Assembly (NCBI RefSeq): GCF_018977255.1
Contig: NW_024704742.1
Span: 11,906,001-11,970,000 of the forward strand
DNA from: Callorhinchus milii
Taxonomy: Eukaryota
DNA: 64,000 bases
Direction: 5' to 3'
Shown piece after piece: positions 1 to 12,412 of this stretch. The translations under genes and the position numbers were made by a program. The notes beneath the pieces are model-generated. The model had not been told where the DNA came from and searched no databases. It worked only from the letters and a program-made list of their open reading frames with translations. Numbering within the stretch: the stretch's first letter is position 1; each line of letters starts with the position of its first letter.

Positions 1-29
1 ATATGTTTCTTAACAATGGCTCTACTCTA

Positions 30-118
30 CAGCAATGGGCCCAAATCCCTGACTGTTCAGCACCTTGGGATATCCTAATGGCGTGAAAGGCGCTATACAA
101 ATGTAATTTTGTATTGTA
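30..118 (+). mobile_element. L2 3' tail fragment
   Basis: cagcaccttgggatatcc...cgtgaaaggcgctatacaaatgtaattttgt matches the 3' stem-loop tail of other L2 copies in the window. Confidence 0.7.
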
Positions 119-218
119 CATGGGAAGTCTAGGAGTATTTTTTCAAATGCTAATGCTGACTGTCACTAATCTGCATTTGCTGCCTAGCAATTGTTGCATT
201 AACCCCCAGCTAAATTTT

Positions 219-588
219 GAGTTCTGTAGCTCAGTGGTTAGAGCATTCGTTTCCCAAGTGAGAGGACCTGGGTTTGATTCCCAGCAGGGTGAAACGTTGG
301 GCAAATTTCCTTACCTCACACGCCCCTGTTTACCAGTAAATAGGAGTAAATAGCAGTAAATAGGAACCCGGTTGTTAGTTGATTGTCGAATCGCTTTTCC
401 CTTACGAAAATAATAATAATAATTTGATCACTCAATCCACGACTGTTTGTGGGACACTGCTGTGCGCAATTGGTTGCCGCGTTTCGCCCACAAAAATGTA
501 CAGTCAATTTACTTGACAGTATATTCTGTGAAGCGCTTTGAGGCGTCACGAAGATAAGGCGCTATATCAAATGAAAAGATTATTCTTA
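219..588 (+). mobile_element. tRNA(Ala-like)-headed SINE, full length (young family)
   Basis: A box tagctcagtgg, B box ggtttgattcc, body ttggtcactc/gtttgtgggacactgctgtgcgcaattgg-type, L2-like tail aagcgctttgag...aggcgctatatcaaatg; many copies in window. Confidence 0.9.
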
Positions 589-1136
589 CTAACATGGTGA
601 TGGCATCTAAAAACCATTCAAGCGGGATGACCACTGATTGGCAACCAATTAAAGCTGTTATGATGTAAACAGCATTAACCCTAGCAAGTCTCCCGTGTAT
701 GTTATGAGACTCCGGCTTAGACTTCTGATCTCATCATAGCTGAACTCTCATGATTCTACGAGCATTCACTGAAGAAAATATTATTTACATGTCATGTGAT
801 TCTTGGTGACCATGTTGCGTTTTGTCTTTAGACAGCGTTGTGTGGTATAAAATCTCAACAACAAGTACATTTAATTGGCACTATCTCCCACTGTTACGAA
901 TTAAACAGCTCCATGGGATTGATAGACAGAAGTCTAATATGTAACGTTACTTTGTTCTGTAGGGAATTTCCAATATAATCAACGTCCCTCATTCCCTCCC
1001 AACGTGCTCACAGGCTATTATGGTCAACTCTGGCTTCTTTGGGTGTTGTGAGTTCCTTCTGGAATGGGAAACACCTCAAGTTCACTGTTACTGCCTTTGG
1101 TCAAAGACCATTTTATACACAAATTCAACGTATAAG

Positions 1137-1405
1137 TAACAACAAAAAAAAATTATATTTGTACAGTGCTTTCATGTCAGGAGGAAGCCCCAATGAGCTT
1201 GATGATCAGTTTCAGACCTGAGCTGGGGGTCGGGATCGGGGAGGATGGAGGGCATTGGGGGGAAGGAGGGTGATCGAAGGCACAGTCAAAGAGGAGGTTC
1301 TTGAGAAGGGTTTTGAAGGAGGCAAGGGAGGGGGCGAGTCAGAGGGACTGCGGGATAGAGTTCCTTAGGGTGGGGGCAGAGTGGCTGAAGGCCTGCCCGC
1401 CAATG
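1137..1405 (-). mobile_element. L2 3' fragment
   Basis: (CAA) tail and homology to the C-terminal ORF2/3'UTR of the L2 at 1825-5440. Confidence 0.75.
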
Positions 1406-1824
1406 CTGTATTCCTTTATTAATGTCACAGATTAGCTGGCAAAAAGCCTCAGAGTTTATTCTTATAGTATGATTCAAGAAGCATTCTCATTATCACCAAT
1501 CATTATTATTATTATTTGTGCCCTAATAGTTTTCATGGAAATGTTTTTGTCTAATATTGTCACTTTTGTCACTGAAGACATGTCATGCTATGTCTCATAA
1601 CACCCTGAAGACAGAAATGAGTTGTTATGATGCACAACGCATTCCAAACAAAGTGAGATTTGCAAAATATGAAGAGAGGTGCCTCATTAAAATGGATTCT
1701 ACCGCTTCACTTGTTGCCATGTAGTAACTTTGGGAAGAGAACAAGAAATCTTTGCCAACAATATATATTTAATATTTTAGAACATGCATGATGCCCATTC
1801 TACAACAACAACAAATTGCACTTA

Positions 1825-4800
1825 CAAAAAGAACAACAAAATGACATTTATAGAGCGCCTTTCACGTCGGGAGGATGTCCCAAAGTGCTAAACAGTCAGG
1901 TGTCAGGGACCAAGCATGGGGGAGGGGTGGTTTAGGGGTGAGGAAAGGCAAAGAGGTGGGAGGGAGACCAAAGGCATGGTTGAAGAGAAGGGTCTTGAGA
2001 CCGGCCTTGAAGGAGGCAAAGGAGGAAGCAAGGTGAAGGGACCATGGGATGGAGTTCCAGAGTGTGGGGGCAGAGAGGCTAAAAGCTCGGTCACCGATGG
2101 TAGGGCGGGTCGGGCGGGAGACATGGAGCAGGCCAGAGCCCGATGAAAGGAGGGAGTGGGCAGGTTGGTAGGGAGTCAGCAGGTCAGAGAGGTAGGAGGG
2201 GGAAAGGTCATGAATGGCCTTCAAGGTGAGGACGAGGATCTTGAACTCGATCCTCTGAGGGATGGGGAGCCAGTGGAGTTGGGCGAGGGTGGGAGTGATG
2301 GGGTCGTGGAGCCTGGTGCGTGAGAGTATACGAGCTGCAGAGTTTTGGATGATCTGCAGCTTGTGAAGCGAAGAGTTGGGAAGGCCGATGAGGAGGGAGT
2401 TCCCGTAATCAAGCCTTGAGGTGATGAATGCATGGATGAGGGCTTTGGCAGCCTGAGAGGTGAGGCAGTGGCAGAGTCTGGCAATGTTGCGGAGGTGGTG
2501 GTAGGCAGTGCCGGTCATGGTGCGGATGTGGGGGAGAAAGCACAGTTAAGGTTCAAACAAGATGCCCAGGTTCCTGACTGGCTTAGTGAGCTTGAGTGTT
2601 CAGCCGTGGATGCTGATGCTGCCAGCACCTGAGGTGCGGAGGCGCTGGCACGAGCCAATCAGGAGGGCCTTGGTCTTGCTGACATTGAGTTGGAGAAAGT
2701 TGGCCCTTGTCCAGGATTTGATGTCACACAGGCAGTCGGTCAGGACGCCAGTAGCCCTGGAGTTCAGGGTGGAGGCAGAGAGGTAGAGTTGGGTGTCATC
2801 CGCATACATTTGGAAATTTACCCCATGTCTGTGGATGACGTCAACAAGGGGGAGCATGTAGAGGATGAAGAGGAGGGGACCGAGGACAGAGACCTGAGGA
2901 ACACCGCATGAGACAGTGCGGGGGGTGGAGGAGAAGCTGTTTGCCGCGACGAAGTGGAGTCGGTGTGAAAGGTAGGACCTGAACCAGTCAAGGACAGAAC
3001 CTTGAAGGTTGAGGTGGGAGGAGAGGCGGTGGAGGAGGTTTGAGTGGTCCACGGTGTCAAAGGTGGCGGAGAGGTCAAGGAGGACAAGGAGGCAGAGGGA
3101 GCCCTGCTCACACATGGTCAGGATGTCGTTTGTGAGCTTGACCAGAGCAGTTTCCATGGAGGGATTCATGGAAGGAGTGAGAGGAAAAGAAAGAGCCAAG
3201 CTGGGAGGCAACGGCTCTCTCAAGGACCTTGGATAGGAAAGGGAGATTTGAGATGGGCCGGTAGCTACATAGCTGTGATGGGTTGAGAGAAGGTTTCTTC
3301 AGAGTGGGGTTGATAGTGGCTGTTTTGAGGGGCATAGGAACAGTGCCAGATGACAGGGAGAGATTAATGATGTCGGTGAGTAGTGGGGTAAAGAGGTGGA
3401 GCTGGGATTTAAGGAGAGGGGTAGGGATGGGTTCAAGGGAGCAGATGGTGGACTTCATGGAGGTTATCATGTTGAAGACAGAGGAGGGGGTGACGGGTTC
3501 AAAGGTATAGAAAGAGGGATGGGTAATTGTCGGATGGGTAATTGTGTGGGTGGGGATAGGGAGGGGTTGGACGTTGGGAGGGCAGTGGCAGCTGAGCGGA
3601 TTCCCTCGATTTTGGACTCGAAGTCCAGCATTTTCTCGCAGTGAGATTCAGAGAAAAGTATCCGCGAGGCGTGTCGGGGAGGGTGGAGGAGCCGATTAGT
3701 GGTGGAGAACAGGCGCCTGCGATTGCCTTTTGCCTCCAGCATTAGCCTGGAATAGAAGGATGATTTGGCCGAGGCGAGAGCGGAGCCGTAGGTTTTGATG
3801 AGGTCCAGCCAGATGTGCCAGTGGACCGTTAGGCCGGATTTGAGCCAAGTGTGTTTGGCAGCCCGCACCTGGCCCTAAGCAAGCAGAGATGGCTGGTGAA
3901 CCAGGGTGAGGATCGGGAATAGGAGGCAGCTCGGGAGGTGGGGGGGGCAAGGACTTTGAGTGTGTTGGAGAGGGTGCTGTGGATAAGAGTGAGTGCAGCG
4001 AGCGGCTTGTTGCGAGAGGTGGGCCAGAGTGGGAGGAGATCAGAGGACTCCAGGGCAGCAGAGAGGGATTGCGGGAAGATCTTCTTCCATGGGCGGTAGA
4101 AGATGGTGGTAGGTTTGGAGGCAGTGGAGAGAGGGATATGGGAGTTGAGGGAGATGAAATCCTGGCCAGAGATGACCTTGTCAATGATGGTGACATCTGA
4201 GACGCTGAAGCCCCGGGTGATCACTAGGTCGAGTGGGTGACTGTGGGGTATGGGTAGCAGAGTCGATGTGGAGGGAGAGGTTGAGAGAGGAGAGGACAGA
4301 GGAGAAGTCTGAGGAGATGGAGCAGGAGGGTGTGAAGTGGAGGTTGAAGTCACCGAGGATGATGAGGCGGTCGGAGCAGAGGCAGAGGGAGGCAAAGAGG
4401 GTGGAAATGTCAGAGATGAAGGTGGAAGAGGATTTTGGGGGGGCAGTAAACTAGGAGGATTTTTAGAGAGGTGGGAGGGATGGTGAGGGTAAGGTGTTCG
4501 AAAGAGGGGAACGAGCTGGTGGAGTAGGGGGATAGGGCAAGTGATGCCCTGGATATGAGGGCCACACCACCGCCATGACTGTTGGGGCGTGGGACGAGGT
4601 GGTAAGTGTAGCCGGGTGGTGTGGCCTCAGTGAGGGAGAAGGTGTCACCTGGGGTGATCCAGGTTTCCGTGAGGGCCATCATGTCAATGTTCTCATCAAG
4701 GATTAGTTCATTGATGGCCAGGGTCTTGTTGGAGATGGAGCGGACATTTTGAAGGCCAATGCAGAGTGGACAGTTAGCAGGGGGATGTGTGAGATGGGAG

Positions 4801-5440
4801 AGGATAGTGAAATGGTTGAGACGGAAGGTGGGGATGCGGATGAGGGAGGAGAGGTTAGCTTGCAGTGGTAATGGGGAATGGAGCAGTCGTTGTGGCTGCT
4901 GCTGGACAGCCAGTGCCGAGTGCCATGACGAGGCTGGCGGAGGATTCCCAGGCTGGAGCAGAGGGAGGCAGTGGGGGGGTCAAGCAGAGAAAGGAGGCGG
5001 CGAGGACGGAGAGTGAGCAGGACAGAGTGGGAGAGTTGCAGGGAGGGGGACATTTTGAGGGCGGGCCAGCTTGGGTCGGGAGCGGCAGCCAAGATGCACA
5101 TGCTGAGACGAGAGTCGGCGGGTTATTGGGACATTGCCAGCCTGCAGAAGGCTGGGGGGGCTAGAGTTGGCGCAGAGGTGGGAGGGCGCTCATTGTGGTT
5201 AGCAACGAGCAGCCTGCAGGGGAAGGACAGGGGAGACAGACAGACAGAGGGTGGGAGGGAGGGAGACACTGGTACAGGCTGTACTATCCTGTACTATACT
5301 ATGCGGTAGCTGCTAACAGGACTTCAAACCTGGCGGGTGGAAGTAACGTCACGCAGAATTGCGGGAAAATCTGGAGGTCTAAAATGGCGGCTCCCCCTGA
5401 CCGGTAATGGCAGCCGATCCCCGCAACACCCATCCCATCC
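1825..5440 (-). mobile_element. Apparently full-length L2 LINE (APE endonuclease + RT, disrupted by stops and frameshifts)
   Basis: ORF pieces 4410-4682 (MALTETW...GGGVAL, APE), 3108-3470 ([15 protein letters not shown]), 2600-3223 ([21 protein letters not shown]), 1862-2518 (LHWLPI); flanked by CACTTA at 1819-1824 and 5441-5446. Confidence 0.93.
5331..5440 (-). promoter_or_regulatory. Putative internal promoter/5' leader of the L2
   Basis: CpG-rich; YY1-like AAAATGGCGGC 5381-5391, E2F-like GCGGGAAA 5361-5368, ETS-like GGAAGT 5339-5344, CRE half-site ACGTCA 5346-5351; lies inside the TSD-defined element. Confidence 0.45.
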
Positions 5441-6730
5441 CACTTATATAGCACTCTCCATGGAGGGTAGTGTCTCAGAGCTCTTAACAATAGCAGAGCC
5501 TGACTCTGAGCTGGGGATAAGGGGGAGGTGGCCATAATTATGGTCGAAAGGGAAAGTTTTCAGGTGGGACTTGAGAGAGGGGGCAAGCTGAAGGGATTGA
5601 GTGAGAGTGTTCCAGAGTTTTGGGGCGTAGTGGCTGAAAGCGCAATCTCCGATGGTGGGGTGGACAGTGCGAGGGACAAGCAGGAGGCCGGTGCCAGGCG
5701 AGCGGAGGCGCTGGGTGGTGGATTGGGGAGTGAGGAGGTCGAAGAGATAGAGAGGTGCCAGAGAGTGAAGGGATTTGAACACGAGTGTGAGGATCTTGAA
5801 GTTGATCCGTTTGGTGATGGGGAGCCAGTGGAGCCTGGGCCAGAACTGGTGAGATGTGGGTACGGAGTTTGGTCGGGGTCATTATGCGGGCGGCAGAGTT
5901 CTGAATGAGCTGCATCTTGTGAATGCTGGAGTTGGGGAGACCGACGAGGAGTTCGTTGGAGAATCCAAGTGGGAGGTGAGAAAACGCATGCACAAGGATT
6001 TCGGCTTCATTTGAAGTAAGGTACAATGTGGCAGAGGTAGAGGAAGGCGGCCCTGGTCAGGGACCAGATGTGTGGGAGGAAGGACAGCTGGGGATCGAAC
6101 AGGATGCCTAGGTTGCACACTGGTTCGGTGAAACTGAAAGAGAGCCCAGGGAGGTTGAGGGGTTTAGATCCGCGGGAGTGAAAATATTGATGGGAGCCAA
6201 GGAGTATGGCTTCCGTCTTGTCCATATTCAGCTGCAGGAAGTTTGCACTAATCCAGGCCTTGATGTCTGCCAGACAAGCTAATAGAACATTGGCGGACCT
6301 GGAGTTGGTATTGGAGGAGGCAAAGTAGATTTGTGTGTCATCCGCATAGATGTGGAACTTTACCCGTGTCTGTGGATGACATTGCCCAGAAGGAGCATAT
6401 AGATAAGAAAAAGAAGAGGCCACCTGGGGTACCTCACAGGTGACCGAGCGAGGAGGGAGAAGAAACCATTTGCTGAGATGAAATGGAGGCGGTTGGTTAA
6501 GTAGGTCTCAAACCATGCGATTGCAATCCCATTAAGGTGGATGAGGGAGGAGAGCCAGTGGTCGGCTGTGTCGAACGTGCCAGAGAGATCCAGGAGGATG
6601 AGGAGGCAGAGTCAGCCCTGGTCGCAGATAGAGAGAATGTTATTTGTGACTTTGACAAGCTCTGTGCTGTGGGCAGTCAGGGCGAAAACCATGCTGCAGG
6701 GGCTCGAGGAGGGAGTGGAGGGAGAGGTGT
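5441..6730 (-). mobile_element. Older-family L2, 5'-truncated RT region; its distal tail lies at 1801-1824
   Basis: YADDTQIY and NFLQLNMDKTE (ORF 6007-6423); tail gctatataagtgcaa(ttg)n is reconstituted when 1825-5440 is removed; same tail type at 63345-63372. Confidence 0.88.
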
Positions 6731-7928
6731 GACTGAAGTGACTTTGTATAGCTGTGCCTTTGTTCTTTGCCAGCAAAGAGTATTAGATCGATTCCAGGTT
6801 TAGTGTTTCATTCCCCTTTGCTTCTCAGGAGTTTCTTTGCCCATGAAATAATTTAACTTCAGGTTTGTTTATTAACAATATCTGTTTAACCCTTTAATTT
6901 TGTATATCCTCATTTAGAAGGGTTCGATTGTAAGAAATTGCAATGCAGCCTCCTTTCAATAAGTGTTGCTTTGCTCGGGGCAAATGACTTCCCCAGATCT
7001 TTCCCATGACTCTTAAAATATTGCATTCACATGCCCCTTTGATTTCATTCAGAGCTCTCTTCCAGCACCTGTTTTTCTTGTATTGGTTTTCAGTCTATTT
7101 CCTCTCAGTCTTTTTCCAAGTGCAATTGATTCCTTTTCTAAACAGTTAGCAATTTAATTTTACTGTAATCCCATTTTCATTTTCCAAATCACAACAATGA
7201 TTTAATGACCATGGCCTTGCTCTTGCGTAAACAATATTTTTTGTTGGTACAAATTATAGCCTATTACTAAATTCCTGCACCTTGGAAATGCAAATAAATA
7301 ATCCATTGAATCTTTAACGTAGTGTAGAAAGATTTTATAGACCAAGTTAGTATTTCCCCTGTGGGACAAGTTTTCTCACTTACCTTTTCAGATAATGTAC
7401 GGATTTTTCAGTATAGCAACCTCCTTCTCTCCCCTCGCAGAACCGCAATGCTCTGTATTCATGGTGTATTGCAATGCTCTGTATTCAAAGCACATGAAGC
7501 ACGATCAGTCGCTTTATGTTTCCAAATGTAAGCCCAGAAGAGATACCAAAATTGACTCAGTTAATCAAATTATATGACCTGGTCAAGCGTTAATGTACTG
7601 GAATTGGCTTTAACTAGTCAGGGTCTGAAATTCACTTGTGCAGGTTGCAGCTTGCAAACAAAGGTCAGATTGGAGGTGGCACAGAGAAAGAGGTAAGTGC
7701 TTTTTGTGAAACATTGTATTCATAAAAGTGAGAGATGTTGGAACTGGGAAATGGAGCATTTTCTATTTCAGCATGATCATGTCAACATCAAATTGTCCCA
7801 GGTTGAATGTAACTCAGTCAGTTGCAGGTAGAGATAGCTCCCTCTGCTTTGCCCTAGCAACGGACCTGCTTGGAAACATCAGTGCAATGAGATTTTATTT
7901 TCCACGTGTATCAATAGCACATTGGTTT

Positions 7929-8011
7929 GTACTCCTGACCCAACTGTACAGCGCCTTGGGACGTCCTCCCGACGTGAAAGGCGCTCAATAAATGGAATCT
8001 TGTTGTTGTTG
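7929..8011 (+). mobile_element. Young L2 3' tail only
   Basis: tcctgacccaactgtacagcgccttgggacgtcctcccgacgtgaaaggcgc...aatggaatc(ttg)n, nearly identical to 44514-44597. Confidence 0.85.
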
Positions 8012-8080
8012 TACTCCTGCAGTGTATAGGCTGAAGGAAAGATTGATTCTGGCTGTGCTCTGAAATGGTATACCACCCAA

Positions 8081-8345
8081 TACATAGGAAAATAGGAACA
8101 AGAGTTCAACCCCTTGAGCCTGTTCCAACATTTTATAAGATCATGGCTGATCTGTACCTCAAGTTAACTTACCTACCCTTGCCTCATATCCCTTGATACC
8201 CTGACCTAACACATATCTAATCCATCTCAGTCTTAAAATGTGAATGGATGCCTCCTTTTGAGAGAGAGAGTTCCTGATTTCCACAAGCCTTTGTGTGAAA
8301 AAATGCTTCCTGATTTCACTCCTAAATGGCCTAGCTCTAATTAAA
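8081..8345 (-). mobile_element. CR1 (HER1/HE1-type) 3' fragment
   Basis: Similar to the 3' end of the CR1 at 20912 (tcatggctgatct, ccatctcagtctt, aaatgcttcctga). Confidence 0.7.
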
Positions 8346-8502
8346 ATTACCTGATGTCTATATTGCCATTGCGTGTGTTGTAAGTAAATGAAGAAGGTTT
8401 GCCAAACACTTTTTCATGAAGGCATTGCTTCTGTAGAAAAAAAGGTTCTTACATTAGATTAGTCTAGGATAGTTTATCAAATCTAATTGGACATTTGTGG
8501 TT

Positions 8503-10008
8503 TAGATTCATAGATTCATAGAATCATAGAATGTTATGGCACAGAAGGAGGCCATTCGGCCCATCGAGTCTGTGCCGGTTCTTTGACAGAGCAAGTCACT
8601 TTCACTAACCCTAATCACCAGCTTTCGCCCCATAATACTGCAAACCCGTATTCCCCAGATACCTATCCAGTTCTCTCTTAAAAGCTGTTATTGAATCGGA
8701 CTTCGCTACCCTTTCAGGCAGATCATTCCAAATTCGAACAACTCGCTGAGTGAAAATATTTCTTCTAACCTCCTCTGTGCTTCTTTTGGTAGATATCTTA
8801 AGACTGTGACCGCGGGTCACAGACACACCTACCAGCGAAAACAGCTTTTACTTATCTATCCTGTCGAAACCTTTCATGATCTTGAAGACCTCTATCAAGT
8901 CCCCACATAACCTTCTCTGCTCTAATGAGAAAAGTCCTAACTTCTCCAGCCTGTCCTCATAGCTAAGGTTCCCCATTCCTGGTATCATTCTCGTGAATCT
9001 CCTCTGCACTCTTTCCAGTGCCTTAATGTCCTTCCTGAAGTAAGGTGCTCAGAACTGAACGCAGTACTCCAGCTGAGGCCTAACCAGTGTTTTATATAGA
9101 TTAACCATAACCTCCCTACTCTTATACTCTATGTCCCTACTAATAAAGCTCAGTACACCAAATGCCTTTTTTACTGCCTTATCTACCTGCCCCGCTACCT
9201 TTAATGATTCGCTTACTTGAACACCCAGATCTCTTTGTATGTTCACCCTCTTAAGATTGAGCTACCAAGTCTATATTGCCTCCTATCATTTTTCCTACCT
9301 AAGTGTATCACCTCACATTTATCCACATTGAAATCCATCTGCCACATGTCAGCCCATTCCACCATTCTGTGTATGTCTGCCTGCAGTTGGTTACAGTCCT
9401 CCTCATTATTTACTACCCTATCTAACTTTGTATCATCTGCAAACTTGGAAACAGTGCTCCCTATGCCCAAGTCTAGATCATTAATATATATTAGAAAGAG
9501 CAGTGGTCCCAATACCGATCCCTGGGGGACACCGCTGCACACCTCCTTCCATTTCGAGAAACACCCATTAACCACCACCCTCTGCTTTCTGTCACTCAGC
9601 CAGTTCTTATTCCAAACTGCCACTGTCCCCTTAATACTGTGGGCCTCTTTTTTATTAATCTCTTATGCGGTACTGTGTCAAAAGCCTTTTTGAAATCCAT
9701 GTAAATAACGTCCACCGCATTTCCCTCATCAACCCTCGCAGTCACCTCTTCAAAAAATTCTATTAGCTTTGTTAGGCAAGATTTGCCTTTAACAAATCCA
9801 TGTTGGCTGTCTCTAATTACCTTGTGTTCCTCTAAGTAGAGATTTATTTTGTCCCGGATTATGGTCTCCAGTAGTTTTCCTATTACCGAAGTTAGGCTGA
9901 CTGGCCTGTAATTTCCAGTTTGTCTTTCTGCCCCTTTTTGTAGAGTGGGGTAACATTAGCCACTCTCCAGTCTCTTGGCACCACTCCTGTGTCCAATGAA
10001 GATTGAAG
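8503..10008 (-). mobile_element. CR1 LINE, 5'-truncated RT region
   Basis: [50 protein letters not shown]; (gattcata)n-type tail. Confidence 0.92.
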
Positions 10009-10746
10009 ATGTGACTTTATTTGGGGAAAAAAGGTCACAGTCCATAAGGAGCTCTCAAGAGAGCTGAACACAAGAGCAAGCAAATGTAGACAGTTTTTTC
10101 TTCTCCAGTTCTACATTATCTCAACAAAGCCTTATTGAAACATTTCTGTTGAATAAGCTTAAAACAGGCAATATATGTGTCCCTGCTTTCTTCCTGTACC
10201 TTCTACTGGAACCAAGATCTGTTTCCAGATCAATACTCTACACTGGGCTTGAGACACGGGAAACATATCCATCTGAAAATCCAGAAAGTTCTAACAACAA
10301 ATTCATTTTCCAATATCTTATTTGGTTGGGCAGTACTGCAGAGAGTGGAATTAAATTGGAGGGGTAAGAAATTGAGTGCTGAAAGTGTCAGTTTTGAATT
10401 TCAAACTGTAGTCCATGAAACAAATATTTCTGTAGAGACTTTTGAATCCAACAGAAAGAGACATTTTCAGTAATCGGATCTGGTGGGATTGCAAGTGAGC
10501 TGGTGTTTTGGTGTCGAATCAAAATGAAAAGGAAACTTCATATTCAAAACAATCTGAAAGATCACTGATAATAGAAAGCAATAGCGCAAATTAAAATATC
10601 CTAAAGCTTTTTATATTAGTTTCTCCTTTGGGAAAGTGCTGACTCATGCATAGATGCCAGCCGCACTTCAATAATCCGACCATTTGGCCACTTTTCATGT
10701 GTGAATCTTGACAGTGAGTGGTGTAACAGGTAGATATTTGCCTATA

Positions 10747-10986
10747 ATAATAAAAAAAAACATAAAATACTGTAGATGCTGGAATTCTGAAACAAAAACA
10801 GAAGTTGCTGGGAACGCTCAGCAGGTCAGGCAGCATCTGTGGAGAAAGGAAAGTGAGTCAATGTATCAGGTCCACAACCCTTCCTCAGAACAGATGAAGG
10901 GTCATGAACCCGAAATGTTGACTCACTTCCCTTTCCCCATAGATGCTGCCTGACCTGCTGAGCGTTCCCAGCAACTTCTGTTTTTG
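10747..10986. mobile_element. Penelope-derived palindromic insert (two inverted pLTR-like arms)
   Basis: Arms 10791-10888 and 10891-10988; outer 48 bp perfectly complementary; 9-bp TSD TTGCCTATA (10738-10746, 10987-10995); homologous to the 3' end of the Penelope fragment at 60715-61155. Confidence 0.85.
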
Positions 10987-11296
10987 TTGCCTATACTCGC
11001 GTTTGGTCTAAGTGCACCAAAACGCTTCACAAAATGAGTTAGCTTGTGAATTGCAGTGACTGTTGTTATGAGGGTAAACACCACCATCAACATTACCACT
11101 GAAAGTCAAGGTATGGCAGCAAGTCACTGGCTGTTTTTTCTCTTTCCTAGGCCAGGGCACTAAGACCAATCCTAGAGTCCTTAACATCTCCTTAGCTGAG
11201 ATCAGCTAACTTGGCACAACCGTGGACTAAAGATTTAACCAGGGATCTTCATGGTTTTATGTACCATACAATGTGGCACATTTACCCAATCAGCCA

Positions 11297-11557
11297 TAAT
11301 AATAATAATCCTTGCATTTGATATAGTGCTTTTCACATCTTCTGGAAGTCTCAAAGCGCTTCACAGAATATACTATCAAATGACATTAAATGAAATTCGT
11401 GGATTGAAGTGCCCAACTTATTGTTTTTTTTCTTGAGGGATTATTATCTGGTGTGTGGAATAAGGAAACTTACCCAAGGTTTCGCCCTGCCGGGAATCGA
11501 ACCGAGATCTCTCACTTGAGAGGCATATGCTGTAACCACTGAGCTACAGGACTTTGG
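11297..11557 (-). mobile_element. tRNA-SINE, internally deleted subfamily
   Basis: Reverse-strand head (gagctacaggact) and tail (aataatccttgcatttgatatag). Confidence 0.8.
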
Positions 11558-11624
11558 AGCTATAGCGCCATGAGACTTTGTTATTGTATTTCATTATTTT
11601 ATTCTATTTTACGCTGGCTTTCTT

Positions 11625-12030
11625 AATAGCACTCCTTGTATTGGGTCAGAAAGTTGTGGGCTCATTGGATTTTGAACTCACTACCTTGAGCTGACAAGTC
11701 TAATGATTACTGGCAGAGCATTGCATTGTCAGTGGTGCCACCTTTCAGAAGAGACATCAAACCAACTTCCTATCCGCCTGAACAGGCAGGCATTAATGAT
11801 CTTGTGGCACTATTTGAAAACAGAAGGGAGTTTCTCACAGCCTCCTAGCCAACAATTCGCCAGTTAAAAAANTATGGTTATTCATTTCAAAACTGTATGT
11901 GGGACATAATTGCACACAAATTGGCTTCTGCTTTTGCCTACAAATACAGTAACTACACTGTACAGAAATTCCCTGTGAAGAGTTGTAAAATGAGTTGGAT
12001 GTGATGAGGGCTACATGAAATATGTGCATT
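11625..12030 (+). mobile_element. Older Deu-domain SINE (SacSINE1/AmnSINE1-like)
   Basis: gtcagaaagttgtggg head; ggtgccacctttcagaagagac...gatcttgtggcactatttgaaaacagaagggagtt resembles the Deu domain as I recall it. Confidence 0.65.
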
Positions 12031-12412
12031 AATGTTTTCTAATAGTAAAGCTTGGAATTGATTAGTCTGACCCCCATATCTGAGGTAAAACTAAGCAAAA
12101 CATGACAAAGTAGACTGACAACTGTGTATTGCAGCAAAGATTAGTAAATTACACCATTCATACAAAGGAGAAAGGGGAGTTCTCCAGGATTAGGCTGAAA
12201 AAAGTGTCTAAAAATGACAGTATAACAGTTTAATAGTAGACAAGCAATTTTGAAAAGAAGTTTTAGACAAACCATTGTGATGGGGGAGAGGTGGAGGCAC
12301 ATTCGGTTGTTCACTTGTTCACTTCCAAACCCATCAATACTTAAAAAGGATTTGGATCTCAGATCTTGACGAGTTCCTAAACCTGAACTGAGCAACAATT
12401 AATGAAGGGAAT

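Noticed and set aside
219..295. tRNA-Ala-like sequences (also 26530, 33070-33137, 55536)
   Set aside because: They are SINE heads: no proper acceptor stem, and always followed by the SINE body.
1903..6803. Many Pro/Ser-rich or Gly/Arg/Glu-rich ORFs
   Set aside because: Alternative-frame and antisense shadows of C-rich L2 sequence.
11872..11872. Single ambiguous base n
   Set aside because: Sequencing or assembly ambiguity next to an A-run.
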